DNA from: an uncultured Fibrobacterota bacterium
GTDB taxonomy: Bacteria > Fibrobacterota > Chitinivibrionia > Chitinivibrionales > FEN-1185
Direction of reading: 5' to 3'
Length of the DNA stretch: 64,000 bases
Assembly (NCBI GenBank): GCA_963753345.1
Contig: CAVWBU010000035.1
Span: 96,001 to 160,000, forward strand
Every line of letters starts with the position of its first letter. Within the stretch, counting starts at the first letter, position 1. Below the pieces are notes generated by a model. The model worked only from the letters and a program-made list of their open reading frames with translations, had not been told where the DNA came from and made no database searches. The position numbers and the translations under genes were made by a program. Shown in pieces: positions 54,620 to 64,000 of this stretch.

Positions 54620-55735
54620 TCACCCCGCCGCTCTATCCGCGAACTCCTCAAAAATTTCCCCGAACTTTTCATGGTTCTTCTTGAACGCATCGAAAATGAC
54701 CGGATCAAAATGCTCGGGCATAGTGCGGCCGTCGCCTTTGGTGATGATTTCGGTTGCTTTTGCGTGATCGAGCGCGGGTTTGTACGGACGCTTGCTGCGG
54801 AGAGCATCGTAGATGTCGCAGATGTTCAAGATGCGCGCCGACAGGGGAATTGCCGATCCTTTAACCCCGTGGGGGTATCCTTTGCCGTCCCAGCGCTCGT
54901 GGTGGTTCACCGCAATTTCCGCGCCCATGGTGAGGTAGGGCGACCTGCAGTTGCCGAGGATGTTGCCGCCGAGCGTGGTATGGCCCTTCATGATTTCCAT
55001 TTCCTGGGGCGTAAAGCTGCCGGGCTTGAGAAGAATATGGTCCGGAATGCCTATCTTGCCGATGTCGTGCATGGGACTTGCGAAAAAAATCCTGTCGGCA
55101 AAGTCCGCATCGCAGCCGAGCATGCCCGCAAGCTCCTTGGAGAAGAAACTCATGCGCTCAAGGTGGTCGCCGGTGTCCGTGTCCTTGTATTCGGCCGCGC
55201 GGGTCATGGCCACGATAGTCTCAAGGTAGCTCAGCTTCAGGTCGGTGGTGCGCTTGACCACTTCCTGCTCCAGGGACTCGTTGTAATTGTGCAGTTCCTT
55301 GTGCAACAGCCTCACTTCCAGCATGTTGTACACCCGCATCAGCAGTTCGTCGGGCTCAAAGGGCTTGGAGATGAAGTCCTTTGCGCCTGACTGCAGGGCG
55401 AGGATCTTTTTGTCGAGTTCGCCGGTTATCACCACCACGGGAAGGTAGCCCGCCGTCTCGACCTCCCTGAGCTTTTTCATCACGCCGAAACCGTCCATGC
55501 CCGGCATCATAAGGTCGAGCAGGATAAGGTCGTAGTTGTTTTCGGCGTGGAGCGACGCCACCGCCAGCGGCTTCCCGGAGGAGCTCACCGACGTATAGCC
55601 AGCATCGCCGAGGATGCGCTTTATCAAATCAACTTCCATTTCTTCATCGTCAACGATCAGGATCTTGCTCTTGAGGACCTCGGGTTTTTGGATCATAGGG
55701 TGTTCCTTTGTTTTTGGGTCTTTAGATTTATTCAA
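54620..55735 (-). CDS. Response regulator with HD-GYP phosphodiesterase domain (RpfG-like)
   Basis: ILIVDDE, LLDLMMP, SKPF; MHDIGKIGIPD, HHERWDGKGYP, DIYDAL. Confidence 0.93.
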   Translation of the reverse strand: MNKSKDPKTKEHPMIQKPEVLKSKILIVDDEEMEVDLIKRILGDAGYTSVSSSGKPLAVASLHAENNYDLILLDLMMPGMDGFGVMKKLREVETAGYLPVVVITGELDKKILALQSGAKDFISKPFEPDELLMRVYNMLEVRLLHKELHNYNESLEQEVVKRTTDLKLSYLETIVAMTRAAEYKDTDTGDHLERMSFFSKELAGMLGCDADFADRIFFASPMHDIGKIGIPDHILLKPGSFTPQEMEIMKGHTTLGGNILGNCRSPYLTMGAEIAVNHHERWDGKGYPHGVKGSAIPLSARILNICDIYDALRSKRPYKPALDHAKATEIITKGDGRTMPEHFDPVIFDAFKKNHEKFGEIFEEFADRAAG

Positions 55736-55747
55736 TATGAAAAGACT

Positions 55748-56181
55748 TGGGCGTTCCCCCGCTCCGCGGGGTCGGTCTCCCTACAGGCTCGGCCGTTCGG
55801 CCTCGTTGCCGGACCGCCCTAGTCGCCTGCGGCGAGGGTCGGCCGGCAATTCGCTTTTGCTCACCCTCCGGTCCACCTAACGCGCGGCAGAAGAAATCTA
55901 TTCAGTCAATCTACATCGTTGCGCCGTCCGGAATCCTTGGGGAGGCTAATTTTTTGACCGTCAACTCCTCAGGAGATCGCTTCGTCGCTTCGCTCCTCGC
56001 AATGACATGTTTTCTTCACACAATCCATGCTCTGAATTCCACAATCCTTCTCGGTGCCCCCGCAGCCCAAGCTTCTTTCTCGCAAATCAACTTGCTGGGG
56101 GGCTACCCACGAGGGGGTGTGCCCCGAGACCCCGCAGACCTTAGGTCGAGGAGGCTCGGGGCCAGGGGGACGCTTCCCCCA
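55748..56181 (-). repeat. A-spacer-B structured repeat unit with a nested REP-like half at about 55974-56006
   Basis: tgggcgttcccc...cacctaacgcgcggcagaag; ...cccacgagggggtgtgccccgag...ctcggggccagggggacgcttccccc. Confidence 0.9.
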
Positions 56182-56199
56182 CCAACATTTACTTATCCG

Positions 56200-58797
56200 T
56201 CACCTCTTTTTCCCGTCCAATACTTCCTTTACCGCCGAAAGCAGATCGGGAATGGAAAACGGCTTGCGCAGGAAACGGAAGTCTTTGGTTTTTATATAAT
56301 CCCAGTTTGATTTTTCGTCGGTGTAGCCGCTGCAAAACAGCACCGGCATGTTCGCGCGCTTGAGAAGCTCTTCAACCAGCCACACCCCGCTCTTGTCGGG
56401 GAGGCCCACATCGGTGAGCACCAGGTCGAATCCTCCGTTTTCCTTTTCGTACGCCGCCAGCGCATCTTTCGCGCAGGAAACGGCGAACACCGAGTAGCCG
56501 TTTGTCGAAAGGATCTCGTTCGTAAGAAAGCGGACTTCCTGATGGTCTTCCACGAGAAGGATGCGCTCGCCGTTTCCCCTGAGCGACGATAGCGGGACAG
56601 CCTCCGTGCCTTTCTGTTCGGTCTTGACGGATGAGCAAGGGAAATACACCATGAACGTGCTGCCCTTGCCGGGCTCGCTATGCACCTCGATCCATCCTTC
56701 GTGCTGCTGGACTATGCCGAGCACCACGGACAATCCGAGTCCTGTTCCTTTGCCCGCCGCCTTGGTGGTGAAAAACGGTTCGAAAATGTGTTCCTGCACC
56801 AGCTCGTCCATGCCGGTGCCGGTGTCGGCTATTGAAAGGCAGACAAAACGTCCGGGGCGGCCTGCGCTGTGTTTGCGGCAATACTCCAGATCGGTGGTCA
56901 CGTTCTCGGTTGTAATCGACAGGGTCCCGCCGCTTTGCATGGCGTCTCGTGCATTGACGGCAAGGTTCATAAGCACCTGTTCGATGCTTCCTTCGTCGCC
57001 CCGAATGGGCCACAGTTCCTTGCCGAGGCCGAGCTCGATGGCGATGTCCTCTCCGATGACGCGCTCCAGCATTTTCACCAGCGACTTTATCGCGTTGTTG
57101 AGATTGACAGGCACGAGTTCCATCGGGTGCTTCCGGCTGAAGAGAAGAAGCTGGCGCACCACGCCCGCCGCGCGAGCCGCGGCGTTGCTCACCTGCGTAA
57201 GGTCCCTGTGCAGCGGATCGGATTCGGGCACTTTCGCCATTGCCAGGGACGTATAGCCGGAAATTGCCGAAAGAAGGTTGTTGAAATCGTGGGCAACGCC
57301 TCCGGCCAGGGCGCCGATGGCCTCCATTTTCTGCGCCTGCAAAAGCTGGGACAGGAGTTTTTCCTTTTCATTTTCAAGATGTTTGCGCTCGGCGATGTCG
57401 GTGAGAAAACTCAGCGCGGCGGGCTTGCCGTTCCAATCGATAAGGACCGAGTTTATGTTCACCCATCGTGTGCTTTTGTCAACAGTCAACAGCCTGAATT
57501 CATAGCGCGACGGTACCTGCTCGCCTTTCATCCGCCTCGTATAGTTGTCGACCACCATTGCACGGTCGTCCGGAAAAATGAATTCCGAAAAAGGTTTTGA
57601 CAGGAGCTCCTGTTCCGAATAGCCCGAAAGTTCCGCGGTCTTGTGATTGACGAATCTGATCATGCCGTCCTGGGCCACTAAAATGGCTTCGTTGGCGCCG
57701 TCCACCAGGCTCCGGTATTTTTCCTCGCTTGCGCGCAATGCCTCCTCGCTGAGCTTGCGGTCGGTGATGTCGCGGAACACACCAAGAAGGTAACGGCGGC
57801 CTTCAATTTCGGCCGGGCCAGTGCTTATTTCTACGGGAATCTCTTTTCCGCTTTTGGAAAGAAGCAGATCCTGGTGGGTCCGTTCCGCGGTGGCCGCATC
57901 CGACTCGGCAAAGCCTGCGGTGAAACCGTTTTTAAGCTCCTGCGGCGGATGAAGAGCCGACTGAGGTTTTCCAATAATCTCCGACTGTTCCCTCTCCACC
58001 ATGTCGCAGAGTGCCTTGTTGCAATCGACTATGAGGCCGGTCTTTGCATCGGCAAGGGCAATGCCGTCCTTGGCGTGATCGAAAACCATGCGGTAGCGCA
58101 TCTCATTTTCACCGAGCGCAGTCTCGGCCTTCCTCCTGGCGATGGCCATGGCGGCCTGGGCTGCAAGCCCTTCAAGCACCGACGGATTGGCAATGGAGCT
58201 TTCGCCCCGGAGAAAGATGCAAAGCCCGCCCAAAATCTTTCCTTCCTTGACAAAGCCGACCACATAAAACGCGGTAACGCCGATAAGCTTTGCCAGCGGC
58301 GTCAGGATGCTCTCCGGGAACAGGTGAGCAAAGTCCTGCAGGCCGGCGCGGATTTTGTGCAGTTTTCCGGTCGACACCGCCTGTCGCGCCTCAGGCCCGA
58401 AATCGCCGCGGATTTGCATGGGGTCACGGCCGAGAATCTTTTTGATCATCCCCATGATTTTATCCAATCCCATGAGGGACTGCGGAAGAAATGTATTGGC
58501 GGTTTCATCGAATTCGCACACCGCCAGGATGGCGCCGGGCGGCGTTATCTGTTCGAGCTGTTCGCCGATGAGCTGGTACACATCCTTTTCCCGCGGCAAT
58601 TCGACAAGGTCCATTGCCGAGTGCGAAATAAAGAGCAGGTCGCGGACAAGTTGCTGCAACGTCTCCTCGCCCTGTTTGTGCTTCCCGGAATCGCGGTTGG
58701 AGGCACGCGCCTTTGCGGCATGGCGCCATGTCTTTGCTGCGGCCGCAGCACGCAGGGATTTATTCCTTCCAAGTATTCTTTTTGATTTCAATGCCAT
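56200..58797 (-). CDS. PAS-domain hybrid sensor histidine kinase/response regulator
   Basis: Two PAS domains, AHDFNNLL, QVLMNLAVNARDAM, FEPFFTTK..GKGTGLGL, C-terminal receiver. Confidence 0.93.
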   Translation of the reverse strand: MALKSKRILGRNKSLRAAAAAKTWRHAAKARASNRDSGKHKQGEETLQQLVRDLLFISHSAMDLVELPREKDVYQLIGEQLEQITPPGAILAVCEFDETANTFLPQSLMGLDKIMGMIKKILGRDPMQIRGDFGPEARQAVSTGKLHKIRAGLQDFAHLFPESILTPLAKLIGVTAFYVVGFVKEGKILGGLCIFLRGESSIANPSVLEGLAAQAAMAIARRKAETALGENEMRYRMVFDHAKDGIALADAKTGLIVDCNKALCDMVEREQSEIIGKPQSALHPPQELKNGFTAGFAESDAATAERTHQDLLLSKSGKEIPVEISTGPAEIEGRRYLLGVFRDITDRKLSEEALRASEEKYRSLVDGANEAILVAQDGMIRFVNHKTAELSGYSEQELLSKPFSEFIFPDDRAMVVDNYTRRMKGEQVPSRYEFRLLTVDKSTRWVNINSVLIDWNGKPAALSFLTDIAERKHLENEKEKLLSQLLQAQKMEAIGALAGGVAHDFNNLLSAISGYTSLAMAKVPESDPLHRDLTQVSNAAARAAGVVRQLLLFSRKHPMELVPVNLNNAIKSLVKMLERVIGEDIAIELGLGKELWPIRGDEGSIEQVLMNLAVNARDAMQSGGTLSITTENVTTDLEYCRKHSAGRPGRFVCLSIADTGTGMDELVQEHIFEPFFTTKAAGKGTGLGLSVVLGIVQQHEGWIEVHSEPGKGSTFMVYFPCSSVKTEQKGTEAVPLSSLRGNGERILLVEDHQEVRFLTNEILSTNGYSVFAVSCAKDALAAYEKENGGFDLVLTDVGLPDKSGVWLVEELLKRANMPVLFCSGYTDEKSNWDYIKTKDFRFLRKPFSIPDLLSAVKEVLDGKKR

Positions 58798-58973
58798 GAC
58801 AATTGCTTCCGGACCAGACGACAAACGGTCAGCACGGGTACAGAACAATAACGACATGCCCATACCACAGTGTATTTGGACAGATATGCCTTGAGTATAC
58901 CACGGCTTAAGCAGTTTTACAACGAAATCGATTTTGTTCGTCAATATGGGGGGGTAAGTCTCAAAGGCTTTGT

Positions 58974-59070
58974 TGGGGGAAGTATCCCCCTGCCTGAGGC
59001 ACCCGAAGGGGTGGACCTTAAGGAGGGCCGACCCGAGCCTGAGCGCTCGCAAGGGCGAGGGGAACGCCCA
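58974..59070 (+). repeat. Internally deleted A-B unit (A hairpin fused to the B terminus)
   Basis: tgggggaagtatccccc then gcacccgaaggggtggacc...gaggggaacgccca. Confidence 0.8.
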
Positions 59071-59098
59071 ATACATTTAGCATAGCAGGAAGAGACAC

Positions 59099-60100
59099 CT
59101 AGCGCGCAAGAAACGGCGCCAGCGCAAGGTAGGCAAGGCCGGCGAACATCGCCGACGCGGGGATGGTGAGGATCCACGCCCATACAATCTTGCGGGCAAC
59201 GATCCACCTGACGCTCGCGGCGTGCTCAACCGCCCCCACGCCCATGATGGAGCCGGCAATCACATGCGTGGTGCTTACCGGAATGCCGAAATGCGCTGTT
59301 CCGATGAGGACGAGCGCGGACGCGGAGCTCGAGCAGAACCCTTCCATTTCCCGGATCTTGGTGATGCTCGTGCCCATGGTCTTGACAATGCGCCAACCGC
59401 CGAACACGGTGCCGAGGGAAATGGCCGTATAGGCCGAAAAAACGACCCAATCCGGGATCACAAAGGACGACGTAACGCCCCCGGTGAAAAGAGCAAGCGC
59501 AATGATGCCCATGGTCTTCTGGGCATCGTTGGTGCCGTGTCCGATACTGGAGAATATCGACGCGATAAGCTGGAGCGCCTTGAACCTTCTGGCGTTTTTT
59601 GCCGGATGTGATTTCCTGAAAATCCATAATGTCAAGGTCGTGAATATGGCGGCGCCGATGCCGCCGAGTACAGGCGCAATGAAAATAAAAAGGAATATTT
59701 TCAATACGCCGCCCCATATCACGACGTTTGTTCCGACCGCCGCTATGCCGCTGCCCACAAGCCCTCCAATGAGCGCATGGCTGCTGGAGGTGGGCAGACC
59801 GATCAGCCAGGTACAGATGTCCCACAATACGGCGCCAAGGAGCGAGGCCAAAAGCAGCGGCAGCGTTACCTGGTCGAAATGGACAACGCCTTTCCCGATC
59901 ATGGTGGCAACGGCAAGACCGAACGTGAAGTATCCTATGAAGTTCGCGGCGCCGGCAAGGATCACGGCCTGCAGGGGCGTAAGGGTCTTGGAGACGACGA
60001 TGGTGGCAATCGCGTTGGCCGCATCGTGGAACCCATTGACAAAATCGAACAGGAGCGCGACGACGACGACGATTACAACAAGGGTGAATGAGGATGCCAC
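59099..60100 (-). CDS. pit: Inorganic phosphate transporter (PiT family)
   Basis: NGFHDAANAIAT, GLPTSSSHALIGG, HGTNDAQKTMG, GIPVSTTH. Confidence 0.95.
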   Translation of the reverse strand: MASSFTLVVIVVVVALLFDFVNGFHDAANAIATIVVSKTLTPLQAVILAGAANFIGYFTFGLAVATMIGKGVVHFDQVTLPLLLASLLGAVLWDICTWLIGLPTSSSHALIGGLVGSGIAAVGTNVVIWGGVLKIFLFIFIAPVLGGIGAAIFTTLTLWIFRKSHPAKNARRFKALQLIASIFSSIGHGTNDAQKTMGIIALALFTGGVTSSFVIPDWVVFSAYTAISLGTVFGGWRIVKTMGTSITKIREMEGFCSSSASALVLIGTAHFGIPVSTTHVIAGSIMGVGAVEHAASVRWIVARKIVWAWILTIPASAMFAGLAYLALAPFLAR

Positions 60101-60104
60101 GGGC

Positions 60105-60746
60105 CTATCCCTGCTTCACCTTGATGCCGCGTATCAGCTTGCCCACATAGTCGATGGCGTCCACCACCGATTCAAGGTGCTCGTACACTTCCTTGAATTT
60201 GATGATGTGGATGGGATCCTTCTCCTTGAACAGCTCGGCCATGCTCACATGAAACAGCTCGTCCGCCTCTATTTCGAGTTCATGCATGCGGGTTGCGACT
60301 TCCCCGATGCTTTTGTGCGTCTTGAGCTGCCGGACGGCGTTGTTCATTTCCGCCGCGATTTTCACGATGATGTCGGCGAATTTCCACACGTTGGCGGGAA
60401 CGTTGCGGATCTGGTAAATTTCGATTTTTCGTGATATGCTGTTGAGGATGTCGAGCGCGCGATCCACGTTGATCGCGAGAGTGTGGATGTCTTCCCTGTC
60501 AATGGGCGTGATGAAGGTCTTGTTGAGCTCCTCAATGATGGTCCGCTCGACCACGTCGCCGCTGGACTCGCAGTCCTTGATGACCAGCAGTTCCTTCTTG
60601 ATCGCGTCTTCGGAAAGCGTTTCAATCTTGCCCACGAGTTCCTTAAAGGTAAAGCACCCCTTTTCCAGCAATCCCACCTGCTGCTCCATGTAGGTGAAAA
60701 ACTTGGTCTCGCGTGGAAGCAGCAGGTCGAAGATGTTAAAGCCCAT
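60105..60746 (-). CDS. DUF47 phosphate transport regulator
   Basis: LNKTFITPIDREDIH, LEIEADE, KEVYEHLE; upstream of pit. Confidence 0.92.
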   Translation of the reverse strand: MGFNIFDLLLPRETKFFTYMEQQVGLLEKGCFTFKELVGKIETLSEDAIKKELLVIKDCESSGDVVERTIIEELNKTFITPIDREDIHTLAINVDRALDILNSISRKIEIYQIRNVPANVWKFADIIVKIAAEMNNAVRQLKTHKSIGEVATRMHELEIEADELFHVSMAELFKEKDPIHIIKFKEVYEHLESVVDAIDYVGKLIRGIKVKQG

Positions 60747-60866
60747 GTGAGGTCCCTTTCAATGAAGAATTGCGGGCGGCTAAAAGCCAAGTAATATAAT
60801 AAAAAACTAATCAAAATCAAACGAAGGGCTAATAGATTATAGATAGGTAGAAAAGAGAAGAAGAGT

Positions 60867-61307
60867 TGGGCGTTCCCCGCAAATGCAGAGACGTAGCGCG
60901 CTACGTCTCTGCATTTGCGGGTCGGTCTCCCTTCGGGCTCGGCTATTCGCCTCGTTGCCGCCTGTCCCAACCGCCTTCGGCGAGGGATCAGGCGGCAATT
61001 TGCTCCTGCTCACCCTCCGGTCCACCTAACGCGCGGCAACCGGAATTCTATTCTGTCAACAACTTCTTCTCGCGCCAATCGGCAAGCCAGTAAATCAGTT
61101 ATGGTCTTTCTTTTCAACCTTTTCTCTTCTCAACTTTTTTCGCTTCAACTATTCGACGTTTTTTCTTCCCAACTACGCTCCATGGGTGCCGCCACAACAA
61201 TGCATGGTCTCGCAGCCGCTTTGTCAAGGCGGCTACCCAGGAGGGGGTAGCGCAGGACACCGCAGGCCGAAGGCCGAGGAGGCCGGAGCGAGGGGGAGAC
61301 TTCCCCC
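60867..61307 (-). repeat. A-spacer-B structured repeat unit with a nested 46-bp perfect palindrome (60876-60921)
   Basis: tgggcgttcccc gcaaatgcagagacgtagcgcgctacgtctctgcatttgc gggtcgg...; A reverse to gggggagacttccccc. Confidence 0.9.
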
Positions 61308-61322
61308 GCCCAGGGAATCTCT

Positions 61323-64000
61323 TTATTTTACCTTAGTACCCAACTCTTTTATTATCCTCTGCACCTCATTCATCGCCTGCCCATATCCCGCCCAGTTCTT
61401 CTTTGACAACTCCTCCTGCGCCTTTTCGAACTCGCGGTTCGCCTCCGCGATAAGCTTCTTTACCGATGCGGATTCCGGCTCCTGCGCCGCGGCGGCCTGC
61501 TTCGGCGTTTCGACATGCTGCTCCTGGGACGCACCGCCGAAAATAGCCGACAGCGACCGCTCAAGGGTTTCCTCCATGGCGATGCTCTTGCCGAACGAGA
61601 CGATGACGCGCTTGAGCTCGGGCACGCCTCCCCCGTTTTCCGCGGCAAGGTACAGCGGCTGGACATACAGGAGTGCTTGCTCAACGGGAATGACGAGCAG
61701 GCTCCCCCAGATCACGCGCGATCCGCCCTGGTTCCACAGCGTGATCTGCTTTGAGATATCCGGGTCCTGGTTGATGCGCGATTCGATCTGCTGGGGCCCG
61801 TACACGAGCTGCTGCTTGGGAAAATCGAACACCAGAAGCTTGCCGTAATTGGGCTCGTCGCACCGTGCGGCGAGCCACGCGATCATGTTTTCCTTCTTGG
61901 CGGGAGAGAACGGCACCATGAGGATGAACTCCTCCTGCTTCCCCACCTCGGCGAGTTTCATGATGGTGTAGTAGGGCACCATCTGGTCGGTCTGGCCCTC
62001 GGCAAAGCTTTCCGGGATGCGCCACAGGTCTTCCTTGTTGTAAAACACCTGAGGGTCGGTCATATGGTACAGGGCATACACCCTGGCCTGGATGCCGAAG
62101 TAAGACTGCGGGTAGCGGATATGGCGACGCAGGTCCGGTGGCATGTCGGAAAGCGGCTTGAACACGCCGGGAAAAATGTTCCGGTATGCCCGGATGATCG
62201 GGTCCTTGGGATCGGCGACGTAGTACGACACCGTGCCGTTGTAGGCGTCAACCGTTACCTTCACGGAGTTGCGGATGTAATTGCCCACATTGCCGACGTA
62301 GGCCGAATACGGATACCGAGACGTGGTGGTGTAGGCATCGATGAACCAGAAGAGCCTGCCGTCCTCCGCGATCACCATGTAGGGGTCGCCGTCGTAGTCG
62401 AGGAACGGCATGGCCTTTTTCACCCGTTCGCCGATCCTGCGGTAATACATGATTCTGCTTTGTGAAGAAATATCCGTGGAAAGAAAGATCTTGATTTCCC
62501 CGAACCGCGTTACGAACAGCAGTTTCTTGATGAAGCCCCCCATGGGAACCCCGCCGGTCCCCGTGTAGGTGGTGTACACGTTCTGGTCGCCCGACGGATA
62601 GTCGAACTCCTTGGAGCGGGTGTTGACAATTGCGTACCCGGCGTCCGACTCGCCGTAGTAGATCTCGGGACGCCGCACGGCGACATCGCCGTTGGAGGCG
62701 GGCGGTATGTTCTGGACAAAGAACTCGGGGAGCCCCTCGGCGGTGACGTTGTTCACCGGCCCCATGCACAGGCCGTACCCGTGCGTGTACGAAAGGTGCT
62801 CGTTGATCCAGATGCGGCTGGGAAGGCTTGCCGGCACCAGTTCGCGCGACGCAAGCATCACCTGACGGTATTTGCCGTTGATCATGTAGCGGTCGTTGTC
62901 TACATCAAGGAATTTGTAGTAGGTGCGGATCTCCTGGAGCTGCGAAAACGTGGTGAGCAGGGGCGCGTTGTCCCACAGCCGTATGTTCTTGACGGTGAGG
63001 TCGTTCTTCTGCAGCATCTCGCGCGTGAGACTGTCGGTGGGGAAAAAATGCCGCTGTTCTATTTCGTCAAGATTGTAGGCGGCGCGGGTGTTTGCGATGC
63101 TCCATTTGATGTAGGGCGTCTCCTTGGACACCTCGTTGGGCGCCACCACGAACTTCTGCACGAGGCCGCTCGCTCCCCTGCCGATAAGGTTGAGCACGAA
63201 CACCAGCAGGATGCCAGCCACCGCAAACTTGAGCGTCTTGGTCCAGATGTTGATCCACACGAGCAGCGCGGCCGCGAGGCAGATGTAGCGCATGATCCTG
63301 AGGAACGGCAGGTAATAGTGGATGTCGGCAAAGCCCGCGCCGTTGACAATGTGGCTGCCGCCCGTGACCATGCCGTACATGCGGAACTGGAAGAAGAAGA
63401 ACAGCGAACCCACCACGAGGCCCGTGAGCACCAGGATGTGCGCCTTTGCCGCGCCTGCCGCGGATATCCACCGGCCCGTGAACGTGATGTTCTGCCGCAG
63501 AAAGTACACGATAAAACTGCCCGCGAGTGAGAACACTGCGATGGCAAGCGCGCCGTTGTAGAGAAGACGGTAAAACGGCAGCCTGAACACGTAGAAACTT
63601 ATGTCTTTTCCCAAAAGCGGGTCGGCCGCGCCGAACGCCACCGCGCCTCTGTACTTGAGAAACAGGTCCCAGTATCCGCTGGCCACGCTGCCGATGAAAA
63701 ATGCCGCAACCACTGCCGCCGCCGGAAGTATGTACTTTACAAAAGGCATGACGCCGTACGCTTCCACATACGCAAGGAGCGGCGATTGCCGCGCATGCGA
63801 CAGCGGTTTGGACAGCGCCTGCGCCAGCAGCAGGTTGCCGTAGATCACCACGAGCGCCACAAGCCCGGCGCACACCGAAACGCCCACCTGCGCCGAGAGC
63901 ATGGTGACGAACACCTGGGACAGGCGGAGCTCCGAATACCAGAAGTAATCGGTGACAAGCGCGGCGATCTGCCCGGCGAACACCATCACGATCAGGACGA
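61323..64000 (-). CDS. UPF0182 family membrane protein (5-prime end outside the window)
   Basis: DPLLGKDISFY, APNE, NIRLWD, YTHGYG, NYIRNSVK, RYP, VFYNKEDLW, VYGPQQI. Confidence 0.92.
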   Translation of the reverse strand, partial: VLIVMVFAGQIAALVTDYFWYSELRLSQVFVTMLSAQVGVSVCAGLVALVVIYGNLLLAQALSKPLSHARQSPLLAYVEAYGVMPFVKYILPAAAVVAAFFIGSVASGYWDLFLKYRGAVAFGAADPLLGKDISFYVFRLPFYRLLYNGALAIAVFSLAGSFIVYFLRQNITFTGRWISAAGAAKAHILVLTGLVVGSLFFFFQFRMYGMVTGGSHIVNGAGFADIHYYLPFLRIMRYICLAAALLVWINIWTKTLKFAVAGILLVFVLNLIGRGASGLVQKFVVAPNEVSKETPYIKWSIANTRAAYNLDEIEQRHFFPTDSLTREMLQKNDLTVKNIRLWDNAPLLTTFSQLQEIRTYYKFLDVDNDRYMINGKYRQVMLASRELVPASLPSRIWINEHLSYTHGYGLCMGPVNNVTAEGLPEFFVQNIPPASNGDVAVRRPEIYYGESDAGYAIVNTRSKEFDYPSGDQNVYTTYTGTGGVPMGGFIKKLLFVTRFGEIKIFLSTDISSQSRIMYYRRIGERVKKAMPFLDYDGDPYMVIAEDGRLFWFIDAYTTTSRYPYSAYVGNVGNYIRNSVKVTVDAYNGTVSYYVADPKDPIIRAYRNIFPGVFKPLSDMPPDLRRHIRYPQSYFGIQARVYALYHMTDPQVFYNKEDLWRIPESFAEGQTDQMVPYYTIMKLAEVGKQEEFILMVPFSPAKKENMIAWLAARCDEPNYGKLLVFDFPKQQLVYGPQQIESRINQDPDISKQITLWNQGGSRVIWGSLLVIPVEQALLYVQPLYLAAENGGGVPELKRVIVSFGKSIAMEETLERSLSAIFGGASQEQHVETPKQAAAAQEPESASVKKLIAEANREFEKAQEELSKKNWAGYGQAMNEVQRIIKELGTKVK

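Overview
A 64 kb, GC-rich bacterial chromosome segment. Gene content tentatively suggests Fibrobacterota (Chitinivibrionia-like): a group II GGGP synthase and many secreted glycan-active proteins with short basic C-terminal sorting-type domains. Housekeeping genes include ppx, pcrB/GGGPS, alaS, recA, adk, leuCD, aroE/aroA/aroB, tsaC-like, mazG, PiT/DUF47 and UPF0182. Also present are an AmmeMemoRadiSam cluster whose three proteins all carry export-like N-termini, signalling genes (GGDEF, HD-GYP regulator, PAS hybrid kinase), GH57/GH30/GH16 enzymes, an unannotated CxxU Rdx selenoprotein, and an orphan T6SS/contractile-system-like module (DUF1795-like adaptor, TTR-like protein, amidohydrolase with a long helical insert, secreted putative immunity protein). 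The most striking feature is non-coding. Fourteen intergenic loci hold a family of large structured modules of two types (A and B, 13 copies each) with covarying stems. They always read inward from the flanking genes, often begin 12-18 nt after a stop codon, and usually pair as A-spacer-B units of about 350-500 bp. Several genes, including essential alaS and adk, carry frameshifts that are most likely sequencing or assembly indels. No CRISPR array, rRNA, tRNA, integrase or transposase was recognised.
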